Below are positions 29,801 through 43,201 of a stretch of DNA of 64,000 nucleotides, piece after piece. The stretch lies in contig CM022669.1 of assembly GCA_012295275.1 (NCBI GenBank), positions 4,526,001 to 4,590,000 on the forward strand, written 5' to 3'. Position 1 is the stretch's first letter; each line of letters starts with the position of its first letter. The notes beneath the pieces were generated by a model. The model was not told where the DNA came from. It was given only the letters and a program-made list of their open reading frames with translations, and made no database searches. This DNA comes from Chrysomallon squamiferum (lineage: Eukaryota > Animalia > Mollusca). The position numbers and the translations under genes are program-made.

Positions 29801-31134
29801 AACAAAACAACAATTCTTTAATGCTAAATTAAAACAGCAAGTCATCTGAATAGCCATTCTCTCAACACTTGTCATTAAACAAAAAGAAAATCTTTTACTC
29901 CATTTCAATAAAATCTTTGTCTTTTATAAAAAAAAGTACAGAAATATAGTTCTTAAACCACCATTTATTTTCATTAAAGGTTTTACGACTGTGTAAAAGA
30001 AGAGCTATAAAAATCTGTGATTTACAGGTAAGGAATTTTTACAAACACAGAATGGTAATATCGTCTTTCAGGGACACCACAGATGATCTGGTCATGTTGA
30101 CATTAACAGGTTTTCTTTATGTCACATGTAACTGTGTCATTATAATGATATCTCCCCATCCTTATAATAACTGTATTTCACAGCTTGGTGTCTGGTTTCA
30201 ATCAACTCACAGCACTGCATGGTAAAACCTGGCCCTGGAATTGATCTTTATGGTCTGATGGAAAACTTCTGCATTTGAGTGAGATGCTTCATGCTGTAGA
30301 CACAAAACTGAAGCTGGCTTCTCTTCTATTCAGAATTTTATTTTATTTTATTTTACTTTATTATTACTGTTATTATTATTTATTATATTATTTATTTACA
30401 TTTTTTTTTTTGATACCTAGCTGAGATATTTCAGATTATTTTATTTATTTGTTAGTTGAGAGGTATAATTAAAAGTGACAAAATATTTTTTGAAATGGAA
30501 ATCAAACTGAAGGTGTGTTCTCTCTCACTAGGTAATTAATTTTACCAATATACTGAAAATAACTGAATAAAATGTCAGTCTGTCTGCCTGTCTCTCTGTA
30601 CATCTGTGTGTCCTGTCTTTTCCTCTCTTTCTGTGTCTATTAGTCTATCATTCTACATGTCAGTCTGTCTTCATAAAATATACATACATAAATACATATA
30701 CACAAATACAAAAACACATAAAAACACACATATACAGACAGACACAAGATGCACACACAGAACAGATACCCAAACACACACATACATACATACATACACA
30801 CAAACACAAATGTCTGAATATTTTACACATATGCACACTCAATACAAACACAAAAAGTACATAGAAAATTACATAAATACTCAGTCACATTGAGAAAATA
30901 CTTTCCCTGACAAAACAAACAAACAAAATAAGAACAACTCCTCAAACAACAACAGAACAGTTTTCATCACTTTCATCTGACACAGAAACGTGTCATAAAA
31001 CTTCATTTTTATTATTATTCTGTTCATGCTGCAGCTATGACAGCGATGTTTACCTGTAGTCAATAACAGTAAAAGTGACTAAGGCAACAAAAACAACACA
31101 GTTCATGCTCTGCTGGTTCAGTGGTGTTCCCACT

Positions 31135-31420
31135 GTGTGTGCACACACACTATGTAACTTTTGACAACAATTTGTAACATATAAGTGTGTGTAAACACTA
31201 TGGGACTTTTGGCAACAGTTTGTAACATTTAATAAAACAAGTGTCAGTACACACTACTCAACAATAGGCAACACCTTGCATTTAATAAACTAATTGTGAG
31301 CACACACTATGTGACTTCTGAGAATATATACATTTGATATGTCACAGAATAATACTACTGTGACACATTGTTGACATTTATTTGACAATAATTGTGAGTA
31401 CACACTGTCTGATTTTAGGT
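31135..31420. repeat. Degenerate repeat with about 4-5 copies of (g/t)acacactatg(t/g)(a/g)acttttg
   Basis: Visible recurring motif followed by caaca(a/g)tttgtaacat. Confidence 0.6.
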
Positions 31421-32284
31421 ATGTAGCATATGAACTCATACTTCTGCATAAAGTATGATTTTTTTCAGTAGTTATAACAAATAAGACTTGAAACTTAATC
31501 ATAAAAAGAGTTACATATTGTTACTCCAAATCACACAATAAAAATGCTTCTTAAGGCTGTTTTGTCATTAAGGTACATATCATAAACAATTCACATCTTA
31601 TAGTTTTGTTACTGTATGTCAGTTAATGTGAATACTCCTTAACTTACATGCCCCACACAATTCATGTTCTAAAATTTTGTTACCGCAAGTCAGTTAGTGT
31701 GAATGCTCCTTAAAAACTGCTTTACTATCACAATTCCTTAAGAAACATTTTATCTTTAGTGCATTTAGGTAAGTAATAAAGATGGATGACAAAGCGATGA
31801 TGACATATTTATTATCACACAAAAAGCTTTCACAAATCGGATTTATATTCGCTTTTTTTTAATAAAGTCTTCAGTACACCACGGCTACTTATTACCAGTG
31901 GGTTTTCATCTGATCTCATCTGCTCCAGCTCAACAGGAGAAGGACTAAATCAAGATAAAAAAACGAGAATAACAAACTGAGGTTTTTTATATGAAAAAAA
32001 AAAAAAAAAAAAAAAAAAATGAAACTAATATATTTTTTTAAAGTTTTCCAATATTTTTTTTTTTTATAGACATGAATTAAAGATGATGGTGCATAAAAGT
32101 AAATAAAGATATCTTTGAATGCAGATATGTCTGAAATATGTTCTAGTTCTATAGTGTATTGTTTGTGTGATGTGTTTCCAGGAGCAGATCTCATGCAGAT
32201 GCCTAAAGGGTTTGTGTAAGTGTATGAACGAATGAAAGTATTTTAATATAAAACAGATGTTAGGTTTCACCATCATGATGTAAA

Positions 32285-32306
32285 GTGTGTGTGTTGTGTG
32301 TGTGTG

Positions 32307-32367
<61 letters not shown>

Positions 32368-32515
32368 ATGTGTGTCTGTGTGTGTGCATAGATTCAGATG
32401 TGTATGCATTTGGGATGTGATGATAAAATACTGTCAACACTCAAATGACACTCAATGAGTTTCTCTAACTGATTAGTAGCAGTTTTAAAAAAAAAAAATA
32501 AACCTTCCCAAAAAC

Positions 32516-32601
<86 letters not shown>
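32285..32601. repeat. (TG)n (32285-32386) and (GA)n (32518-32601) microsatellites
   Basis: Directly visible. Confidence 0.95.
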
Positions 32602-32604
<3 letters not shown>

Positions 32605-33624
32605 GAGGGAGAAATGGACAGAAAGAGAGAAAGACAGAAAACTAGAAACAGAAGAAAAAATAAAGATAGAAAGAAAGAAATAGACACAGATAAAAGTTAC
32701 AGAGAGAGAGAGTAAGACAGAAAACCAGAAAGAGAAGAAAAAAAATACTTTTCAGTATTAGTCTATTAATATAAAAGTAGACAAAAGGAGGATAATTTTA
32801 GAATGGGAAATTGATGCAGATAAATCATCCAAAACCACAGGCAGTCAATTTGTACTTGAATTACCCAGAAAAAAAATAGGAAGACAAATTTGTTCACAAA
32901 AAATAAAAAATGTCTAAATGTGTTAACTGTTCCTGTTACAAATTAGACACTTCAAACCGAACTCTGTGACACAAGTATTAAATTCAGTGAAAATATTCAA
33001 AACTTTATTCATCAGGATTTGAAGATGTCCATCAAAAAAGCCAATAATTCTATCAAAATGCTGTCAATGATGTTTGAGATTGGGGGTTTTTGCAGACATC
33101 AAATCTGTGGTCACCTCATCAATTCTTAATAAAAATTAGAGTATTAAAGGAAATGTAGAAGAAAAAGTTAGGAAAGAAAACAGAAAAAAAATCCCATTGA
33201 AATAAAAAAAAAAAAAAAAAAAAGGAAAAGAAAAAGATTTTTTTTTTTTTTTTTTAAATGAGGACGAAAAAAAAAAGGAAAGAAAATATGTTTACAGAGT
33301 GAAAAATCAACTTTTTTTTCAAACAACTCAATACATGTGTACAGACAGACAGCAAAAAGCTGTAAATAATTTTTTTTATTTTTTTTTATTTTTTTGTATT
33401 TGAGAAATGGAGTGACTCTTCAATCAGTTTGCACATTAACATCCCAAGTTTTGTCAGATGAAACAAAGTCACATGACATCTCTACACACAACAGTTCTGT
33501 TAGCTGAACAGAAATCTCACCCTCCAGGATCTATTTCTTGTGAACCAAACACATGCTGGGTGTCAAATTTAGATCTTATTTTCAGAGAGTAATAAAACAA
33601 ACAAAAAAATGAAATATCAATATA

Positions 33625-33965
33625 TAATCTATTTTAAAAAATAGAATTCACATGTAGGAATACTTGGTTAAAAAAGAATAAAATACCTGTTTTATTTTGG
33701 GGAGAAGAATAATGACAATTTGAATGGTATATGCTTGAATGGCCTAATGATATAAACTTCATGTCTTATTTTAGAGGTTAAAAAAAAAAACCACACTTAT
33801 TACAGATATTACATCTATTTACAAAAATAGAATTCTCATATAGGAATACTTTACCTAAAAAAAAAAAAATTCCTATTTTATTTTTGGAAGAAAAATTAAG
33901 CCATTTTAAATTTAATATGCTTGAAAGACCACGTGATAAAAAGTTCAAGTCTAATTTTAGGGTAC
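33625..33965. repeat. Old tandem duplication of about 185 bp
   Basis: atctattt(t)a(a/c)aaaatagaattc(a/t)cat(g/a)taggaatactt ... atatgcttgaa ... ttcatgtcttattttag / ttcaagtctaattttag occurs twice. Confidence 0.75.
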
Positions 33966-35306
33966 ACAAAATTCAGTTATTTGTTTTTCAAAAGATATAC
34001 ACAGCGCAGACATACCTAATTTTATTCCCAATATGAACTTTTCTTTCAGTCTGTTTTGAGAAATAGAAATCTTTTTTATGTTGGGTTTTAATTTTGTAAA
34101 TATGAGTGATGTTCTTGGTGTGATTTGTCTGAAGAGTAAAATCAGACAGAGAAAGAAGAAGGAAAAAAAGACTTTATTGACACTGTACTCCAAGTATTTT
34201 TAATCTACAGTTATATCAGACATGTTAGGGCATGGAAAAATCATGGACATGAAATGGATGTGTTTTGATACTATAAGGAATACCTTCACTGAAGCAAAAA
34301 ATATCCATTTTGAAGTTTTCTATTTTTTTTTTTAATTCTTCATTTTAAAATGTGCTTAATTCTGAAGTATTAAGCAAAAAGATGCAACATTCCTTATTTT
34401 ATTTACCCATTTTGTGGTGGAAAGTCAAGCAAATTACGCTGGTAATACCAAACAATGTAGAAGACTTGTGTGTATTTGAAATGAATAGTTTATCTTACTT
34501 CTGTGAGTCTTGTGCTTATTTGATACACTTGCTAGACAAAATTATGGATGTTTAGTTGCAGCCATTAAGTTTAGTTGACGCTTATTTTCCATCAGTGAAA
34601 GAATATGTAATCACTCAAAGTTGCATATATCTCAGAAACTAAGTTATATAATAGAAATCTGGGGTTTTTTTTGTATTTTGAACATCATGTTTCTCTTCAT
34701 TTAGCTAAATAATAACACAATGCACATTATTTCAGAAGCTGGTGCTTGAACATGTAATTCTGTATCACACATGACTGAAATATATGACATATATACATAA
34801 TCTGAAAGAGTAAAAATATGAGACAAATGTGGTTGTATAAATCTGCAAACAAATATCTAAGTATTTTGTTTTGAAGTTGTTGTTTTTTTCTTTTTAAAAA
34901 GCTATGAAGATTTGATCCCACCAAAATTTCAAAGACTTGTGCACTTGGGTTTTGATTTCATGTTCTTACTGATGTCACCAGTTTGAGTGAGCTATCCCAG
35001 TTTGCAATGCAGCACAACCATTTTGCTTTTCTGTATTGTGAGTGTTAACATGGCAACAAGTGGATGATTGTCTAAGTTTGTCAGAGCAAAATGGCAGATA
35101 TATGCTTGGCATAAGAATGTGATGTTACAAGAAAATAACCAAATGAGAGTTTAACTGGGGCGAAAAAATAATAATAAAATGAAAAATAATCACCTACTAT
35201 GAACAGTATCTGATAATAAAATATACAAACTGGGTTTAAGTTCAGATTTTAACTTCACACTGGACAGTTCCTTCCTTTTTTTATTTGTCTAATATATTTT
35301 TAATAT

Positions 35307-35357
<51 letters not shown>

Positions 35358-35369
35358 ATTATTATTATT

Positions 35370-36183
35370 ATTATTATTATTTTGTTTTATTGTTTTTTTA
35401 ATGAAAAGTACAATAAACATCAGCAATATGAAGCTTGTAATTACATTTATTATTGTCATTTTAGAAAGGGGGTTTCTGTTAGTGCATTTCAAGTGTGGGA
35501 CCTATAGATCAGATGTACTGAGGAAACAGATTCAGTGAGTACAGTGTGTTTGAAGAGAAAGACAAACACAGCATTCCATGTTATTAAAGGATAAAAAGTT
35601 TCTAAAAATCAATGTAAATAGTACATTCCACTTGAGTGTGAGAGTGAAGAGAGTACAGACATATTACATTTTCAACTGAAAAGGTCACAGATCATAAGAT
35701 CAATATTCAACAAATGAGAAATTTCCCGTTCCAAAAAGTTCTACCTGATTGATTTATCAAAAGAAATGTTATGTGGGGTTTTTTATGTTTGGGGATGAAA
35801 AAGCTTGTAACTCGTGACATCTCTGTGAAATTAATGGTTAAAGGATCAATTCTTTTCACTGTCACCACTGTATTATTTTCCATTCAAACCAATACTATGT
35901 TGAATCAAAGTCTTTAGCATATGTTTTTCCTATTTAACTCGACATGACTTTAAAACAACAGTACCAGAATAAATTTATAGCACTGATTTAATGTTATATA
36001 ATGTTTCATAATCATTAAATTATATTCACTTATTCATCTAACTGTCACTAGTGAACATTCATTCATTTACATTATACTAAAGTTGGCTGAATTGAAAATA
36101 AAACAAGAGGAAAATATTTTTTAATGCAATGCTTTCTTATGTATAAATATATAAATTTATAGATAGATAGCTAGATAGCTAGC

Positions 36184-36215
<32 letters not shown>

Positions 36216-38576
36216 AAGACAGATAGTTAGATAGTTAACTTCAGCACAAACAGAAACTGATATAATGAACAGCAACCACTGCATGACCTTGACATTATAT
36301 CCTAATTTGAATGTCAGGTGTTATTCCTTTTATGAATGGATAATTGAATGAATGTTTGACACCACCAAACCAGACAGAACTCATCTTGTATTAGATTACA
36401 CTCCACTTTATTCTTAATAAAAACAAAAAATTAAAAGAAAAAATTTGAAGAAGAAAGAACTGAACAGTATAAAACTACGTAAGTAATTTGTTGAAAATAA
36501 AAATAAATACTTGTGTACAGCTGTGTACCACACTCTTTGTATTTGTGGAAAAAAACCCACCACCTCTGTAACTTACTGTAAAATATAATCTAAATACTGT
36601 CAGTTTGAAAGTTTAATACAAAATGGAACAGAATTTGTTTGTAGAAATTTAAATTTAAAAAAAAAAAAAAAAATTAAAAATGTGAATTTTGTGTCACTAG
36701 CTAATGGAAATAAAAAAATTGTTAAGTCTCATTAAAAGTTTTAATTAGCAGTGCATTAATTAAATATCAATATGGCTGAGAGATACAAAATGGTAATTAA
36801 GAAACTGAATTTTCCAGTTAGGAGGTTTGATCCAAAGATCCTGGATTCCTAATATCCACATTCTTCAGCAAGACTTCCTTCAGATTCACTTTCTAAACAA
36901 CAGAAAAGCATAATGTCATGCGACTGTCGTGAGTCACTAGTCAGATTGGGAAATTGATTTCTGTAATGGGGACGTGTTCAATTGTTATTATTATTTTGTT
37001 TTATTGTTTTTTTATGAAAAGTACAATAAACATCATCAATATGAAGCTTGTAATTACATTTATTATTGTCATTTTAGAAAGGGGGTTTCTGGTAGTGTAT
37101 TTCAAGTGTGGGACCTATAGATCAGAGGTACTGAGGAAACAGATTCAGTGAGTACAGTGTGTTTGAAGAGAAAGACAAACACAGCATTCCATGTTATTAA
37201 AGGATAAAAAGTTTCTAAAAATCAATGTAAATAGTACATTCCACTTGAGTGTGAGAGTGAAGAGAGTACAGACATATTACATTTTCAACTGAAAGGGTCA
37301 CAGATCATAAGATCAATATTCAACAAATGAGAAATTTCCTGTTCCAAAAAGTTCTCCATGATTGATTTATCAAAAGAAATGTTATGTGGGTTTTTTTATG
37401 TTTGTGGAAGAAAAAGCTTGTAACTCGTGACATCTCTGTGAAATTAATGGTTAAAGGATCAATTCTTTTCACTGTCACCACTGTATTATTTTCCATTCAA
37501 ACCAATACTATATTGAATCAAAGTCTTTAGCATGTTTTTTCCTATTTAACTTGACATGACTTTAAAACAACAGTATCAGAATAAATTTATAGCACTGATT
37601 TAATGTTATATAATGTTTTATAATCATTAAATTATATTCACTTATTCATCTAACTGTCACTAGTGAACATTCATTCATTTACATTATACTAAAGTTGGCT
37701 GAATTGAAAATAAAACAAGAGGAAAATATTTTTTTAATGCAATGCTTTCTTGTGTATAAATATATAAATTTATACTCAGAGACACACTGATAGATAGATA
37801 GATAGATAAATAGATGGACAGATAGATAGATAGAAAGACAGATAGTTAGATAGTTAACTTCAGCACAAACAAAAACTGATATAACGAACAGCAACCACTG
37901 CATGACCTTGACATTATATCCTAATTTGAATGTCAGGTGTTATTCCTTTTATGAATGGATAATTGAATGAATGTTTGACACCACCAAACCAGACAGAACT
38001 CATCTTGTATTAGATTACACTCCACTTTATTGTTAATAAAAACAAAAAATTAAAAGAAAAAATTTGAAGAAGAAAGAACTGAACAGTATAAAACTACGTA
38101 AGTAATTTGTTGAAAATAAAAATAAATACTTGTGTACAGCTGTGTACCACACTCTTTGTATTTGTGAAAAAAAACCCACCACCTCTGTCATTTACTGTAA
38201 AATATAATCTAAATACTGTCAGTTTAAAAGTTTTATACAACATGGAACAGAAATTTTTTGTAGAAATTTAAATTAAAAAAAAAAAAAAAAATTAAAAATG
38301 CTAATAGAGTTAAAAAATTGTTAAGTCTCATTAAAAGTTTTAATTAGCAGTGCATTAATTATATATCTGTTGGCTGAGCGATACAGAATGGTAATTAAGA
38401 AACTGAATTTTCCAGTTAGGAGGTTTGATCCAGAGATCTTGGATTCCTAATATCCACACTCTTCAGCAAGACTTCCTTCATATTCACTTTCTAAACAACA
38501 GAAAAGCATACTGTCATGCAACTGTCATGAGTCACTAGTCAGACTGGGAAATTGATTTCTGTAATGGGGACGTGTT
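35370..38576. repeat. Direct tandem segmental duplication of about 1.6 kb (copy 1 ~35370-36978, copy 2 ~36979-38576)
   Basis: Near-identical sequence throughout. Both copies end in tgggaaattgatttctgtaatggggacgtgtt, with scattered substitutions and differing (GATA)n tracts. Confidence 0.96.
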
Positions 38577-38711
38577 GGAATGGGAAAATACCAATAAACT
38601 CAGTGTTGAAGACTGATATCAGTCATGGAACAAATATCAGTCAGAATTGGAAAATATCTAATACGACCAGTGTTAAGGATTAATTGATATCTGTCATGGG
38701 ATACCAGCTTG

Positions 38712-38789
38712 GTGAATCTGCTCCTAAGGATTGATCAAGAAACCTGTCATTCCTCACGATGATGCTAACCACTGTTCACACGCAGCCCC
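38712..38789 (-). mobile_element. Decayed tRNA-derived SINE head
   Basis: Minus strand reads gggctgcgtgtgaacagtggttagc (A-box-like) ... gatcaatcc (B-box-like). Confidence 0.5.
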
Positions 38790-39117
38790 AGTGTGTGAGT
38801 GTTGAAAATGACAGTGTGTCGATGATAAACGTATATTTGTCAATATGGCTAACTGCTACAATTCTGATTGGATGACAGCCATGAAATTAAGTCTGATTTC
38901 ATTACTTCAGCATCTAAAGTCATTCTGTTGGCAAATAGCATGTCAGTATGTGTAGGCTTATGTGAGTGATGGCTTCAAAATCATGTATACATGTGTGTGT
39001 TTGTATGTGTGTGTATGTGTGCGTGGGTTTGTTAGTGTGTCTGACTGTGTGTGTGTATATCTATATGTATTTGTGAGATATATTTCCTTGTTTAAAAAAC
39101 ATATACATATTATTAAA

Positions 39118-39187
39118 ATTATAATAATAATAATAATAATATTAATAATAATAATATTAATATTAATAATAATAATAATAATATTAA

Positions 39188-39231
<44 letters not shown>

Positions 39232-39245
39232 TTTATAATTAAATA
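39118..39245. repeat. (AAT)n microsatellite
   Basis: Directly visible. Confidence 0.93.
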
Positions 39246-39300
39246 ATGAAATAAATAAAGAAAGAATAAAAAGAGAGAAAACTGTGACAATCAAACTTAC

Positions 39301-39402
39301 CTGATTTGGAATGGGCTTTTGAAAGGTTCATTTCTTTCTAGAATGCTCTGAGCTTGTAGAACTAACAATTTTCCAATTCCAGAAATAATGCCAAGAAGAT
39401 TC
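39301..39402 (-). CDS. FOCAD: Focadhesin-like coding exon (102 nt, phase 2-2): (K)NLLGIISGIGKLLVLQAQSILERNEPFKSPFQI(R/S)
   Basis: Acceptor ttattcacag| and strong donor CAG|gtaagt. The phase matches the previous exon (AA+G = Lys). Similar to remembered human RNTHGLIKAIMHLLQMQALKEG...IYTIR. Confidence 0.88.
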
Positions 39403-39405
39403 CTG

Positions 39406-39438
<33 letters not shown>

Positions 39439-41520
39439 GTAATAAAATTGCAGTAGCAAAAGTAATAATAAAAACAACCAGAACAATAATAATAATAGCA
39501 GTAATAGTAGTAATGATGAAATAATAATAATAATGATTATAATGATGATGATGATGATAAAAATAAGAAGAAGAAATAAAAACATTCTTGCTTAAAACAG
39601 TATATATTTTTATAACCTTTTTACTTCAGTATTTATTTATGTTTTTATTAGAACATTCATGCATGCATGCATCTCTGTGTATATATTAGTGTGTGTGTAT
39701 ATGTATATATATATACAATGTGGGGATATGTATATATGCATGCAAAGGTATGTGCACATGTGTGTGTTTCTGTAATTATGTATGTGTGTAGGTATGTGTG
39801 TTTGTGTGGCTGTGACTGTGTGTGTTTGATTCTAGGAAGGAGTGTTTATGTATTTATACATATGAACACACATAAAACTACTTTAACCATGGCATATGTA
39901 AATAATATAAAATGTTTGTAAAACAGCTCAGGGTTAAACTTGGTGGCAACCTCACTCACAGGTATTAAGTCTTATTGCTAACAATAAACTGTTTATTGCT
40001 ATCACCGGCCATGTCTACGAGCTTTATTTCCATCCTGCAATTTCATTATCACAACAATAAACACACAACACAAACCTTACACCCCAACACACACCAGAGA
40101 CATAACCTACAATTAATGGTGCTAAAATGCTATTCTTCAGATGTATTTATATCAACCAGTTGTTCTTGTTATTAAATGGAAAGGATTTTGACCGCACGCA
40201 ACTAATCTGTTTTTATTCCTTGCATTTGAAAATAAGAAAGAGGACAAAAAAGATCATGAGAGACTTCTGGATGTTGTTGCTTTTAATTAAAGATGGCAGA
40301 CACAGAGCTATTGTATTTAGTTGTTATTCATTCGTTACTTCATTCATGTAATTCATTCACTCATTTACTTATTAAATCATTTACTGCTTCATTCGGTTAT
40401 TCATTCTCTAATGTATTTAACTAATCACTCATTTCTTCATACACTTATTCATTTATTTATTTACCCAAACATTAATTCATTAAATTCTTCCTATAAAATA
40501 AAATTCATTCATCACTATGTTTAGTAATGAAATGAATTTAACTAATATGATTTCTCCTGAGACATAAAGTTTCTTATGTTTTATCATCTTCATATTTTTG
40601 TTTATCTTGAAATTCTAGCACACACATTTTACTGCAGTAATTAAAATTAAAAAAAACACCTACAAAACAATAAATAGTTTCCAGTTTTACAAAATAAATC
40701 TACATAAACTGATTATACTTAGATAAATCTTGCTCATTTTGTATGATGGCAAAAACAAGGATGCAATATTAAACAACTTTTGTTCATAATTAAAATGAAA
40801 ACAATAATTACTGTGAAATGAATAGGAAAAATATTTTTCAGGAACTGTATCAGAATTTGTCTGATATCTGTTTCTAATTTTTAATATCTAAAAATAAATA
40901 AACAAAAAAGTAAGAAAGATAGAAAGAAAGAAAAAAGAAAGAAAAAAAAAAGAAAGAAAGAAAAATTAAATAGAAACAAACAAACAGCAGTTCATGAATA
41001 TCATATATATTGTTATTGATATTCTTCTTATTATATATATTGTTATTGTTGTTGTTGTTGTTGTTCTTATTATTATTATTAATACTATTAAATAACTGAA
41101 TGGAAAAACTCTTGCAACTAAAAGTTCAATGTAAATTTAAAAAAATAGGTTTCAGGAGGAGAAGGACAGATGAAACTTGTATCTATGACACATCAGTGAA
41201 AGAAACAAACACTGGTTACATAAGAGACAGCAGCAAGAACAGGATATGCAAGGATTAGCATCAGTAACACTCAGATTAAAATCTCCTCCATTTTTTTAAT
41301 CATTTGTATGGAAAACTGTCTGCAACTCTCGAGCATTCCCAGAATAAAACTTACTTTTGTATATCTCTTTCTGTATGCTGCTGATTCAGTATGTAATTGG
41401 GTTTTATTGTTTCTGGCAGCAGTGTTTCAGTCTACTGAGGGAATTAAGGGAGTCTTGGCTGTAATCAGGAGAGTGTCAGCAGATGCAGTAAGAGGAGGGT
41501 GTCACTGCTCTTTCAAATCC

Positions 41521-41918
41521 ACTGCAGTACATGAAGAGTTTAATACAGTAGCTTCAGATACACACACAGAGGGTGACATCTTTACCTTTCTGTTTGCTAG
41601 GAATGTTTTTACTACAACTGCAGTACATGAAGAGTTTAATACAGTAGCTTCAGACACACACACAGAGGGTGACATCTTTACCTTTCTGTTTGCTAGGAAT
41701 GTTTTTACTGTACTACTGCAGTACATGAAGAGTTTGATACAGTAGCCACAGACACACACACACAGGGTGACATCATTACCCTTCTGCTTGCTAGGAATGT
41801 TTTTACTGTACTACTGCAGTACATGAAGAGTTTGATACAGGAGCCACAGACACACACACACAGGGTGACATCATTACCTTTCTGTTTGCTAGGAATGTTT
41901 TTACTGTACTACTGCAGT
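41521..41918. repeat. Minisatellite of about 97 bp, 4 copies, with diverged relatives to about 42180
   Basis: actgcagtacatgaagagttt(a/g)atacag...gggtgacatc...gctaggaatgtttttact starts at about 41521, 41618, 41715 and 41813. Confidence 0.96.
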
Positions 41919-42683
41919 CAGTAACCAAAGGATTTATTGGAGTGTTGGCTGTCACCAGATGAGGTTCAGGAGATGCACTGGGAGGAAGGATTTTTTCATT
42001 TCTCTTTCAAATTCACTGCTGTACTGAAGGGATTAAGGAGTATTGACAATAACAGAATAATGTATTTAAAGAGACTCATGCAAAGGGAAATGATTACCTT
42101 TACATTGCCAATAACACTACAGTAGCCATAGACTTACACACAGAGAGGTAAATCATTTCCATTCTGCTTCTAACAAAATTTGACAACAGTCCATTACCAC
42201 ATGAAAGGTTTAAGTGATCTTAGAATTACTGGATCACTGGTCAAATCTGCAAGGGAAAAAAATCACTGATTTTAATAATCCTTTACCAGAGTTCTGTCAT
42301 TCATAAGGCTGAAGTTTGTTTTTATCTGAGGCACTCTTACTATTGTATTGGGGTGAAAGAATGAAGTGCTGGATAGGACCTGGATAAACACAGCCAAATC
42401 TTTAACTCAGTGAACATGCTACAAACCTATCTTTTACTACTTGCACAATCCCTTGCCAAAAAAAACAAAAAACAGAAAAAAAGAGCATGTTGGCATGTTT
42501 ATGAACTTGTGTATGTGAATTTATTAAGTCAGTAATAAAAACAATGACACTGCTCTGAAATAAACAGGATTTCTTTTGTAATGTGTTGAATTCTTAACAT
42601 GGTTTATTATCTGAAATGTGCTCCAAAATGATAAAAGAAAATTAATGAGATACAGCAATAACTGTGTTTATGACTAGGGAATG

Positions 42684-42714
42684 TAGTGTGAGTGTGTGTG
42701 TTCTTGGGTATGTG

Positions 42715-42767
<53 letters not shown>

Positions 42768-42781
42768 GTGTGTGTGTGTGT

Positions 42782-42813
<32 letters not shown>

Positions 42814-43057
42814 CTGTGTTAGTGTGTGTGTGTGTGTTAGTGTGAGTGTGTGTGTTCTTGGGTGTGTAGTGTGTGTGTGATGTGTGTGTGTTGTGTGTGT
42901 GTGTTATGTGTGTGTGTGTGTGTGTGTCTGTGTTATGTGTGTGTATGTGTTAGTGTATGTGTTATGTGTGTATGTGTGTGTTATGTGTGTATGTGTGTGT
43001 TAGTGTGTGTGTGTGTGTTAGTGTGTGTGTGTTATATGTGTATGTGTGTGTATGTGT

Positions 43058-43131
<74 letters not shown>

Positions 43132-43136
43132 TAGTG

Positions 43137-43171
<35 letters not shown>

Positions 43172-43190
43172 AGGGTGTATGTGTGTATGT
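42684..43190. repeat. Imperfect (TG)n tract of about 500 bp next to the FOCAD-like exon donor
   Basis: Directly visible. Confidence 0.95.
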
Positions 43191-43201
43191 AAAGTACATA
43201 C

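Noticed and set aside
41308-41745. Longest ORF in the track (145 aa)
   Set aside because: It stays open only by running through the 97-bp minisatellite; no domain signal.
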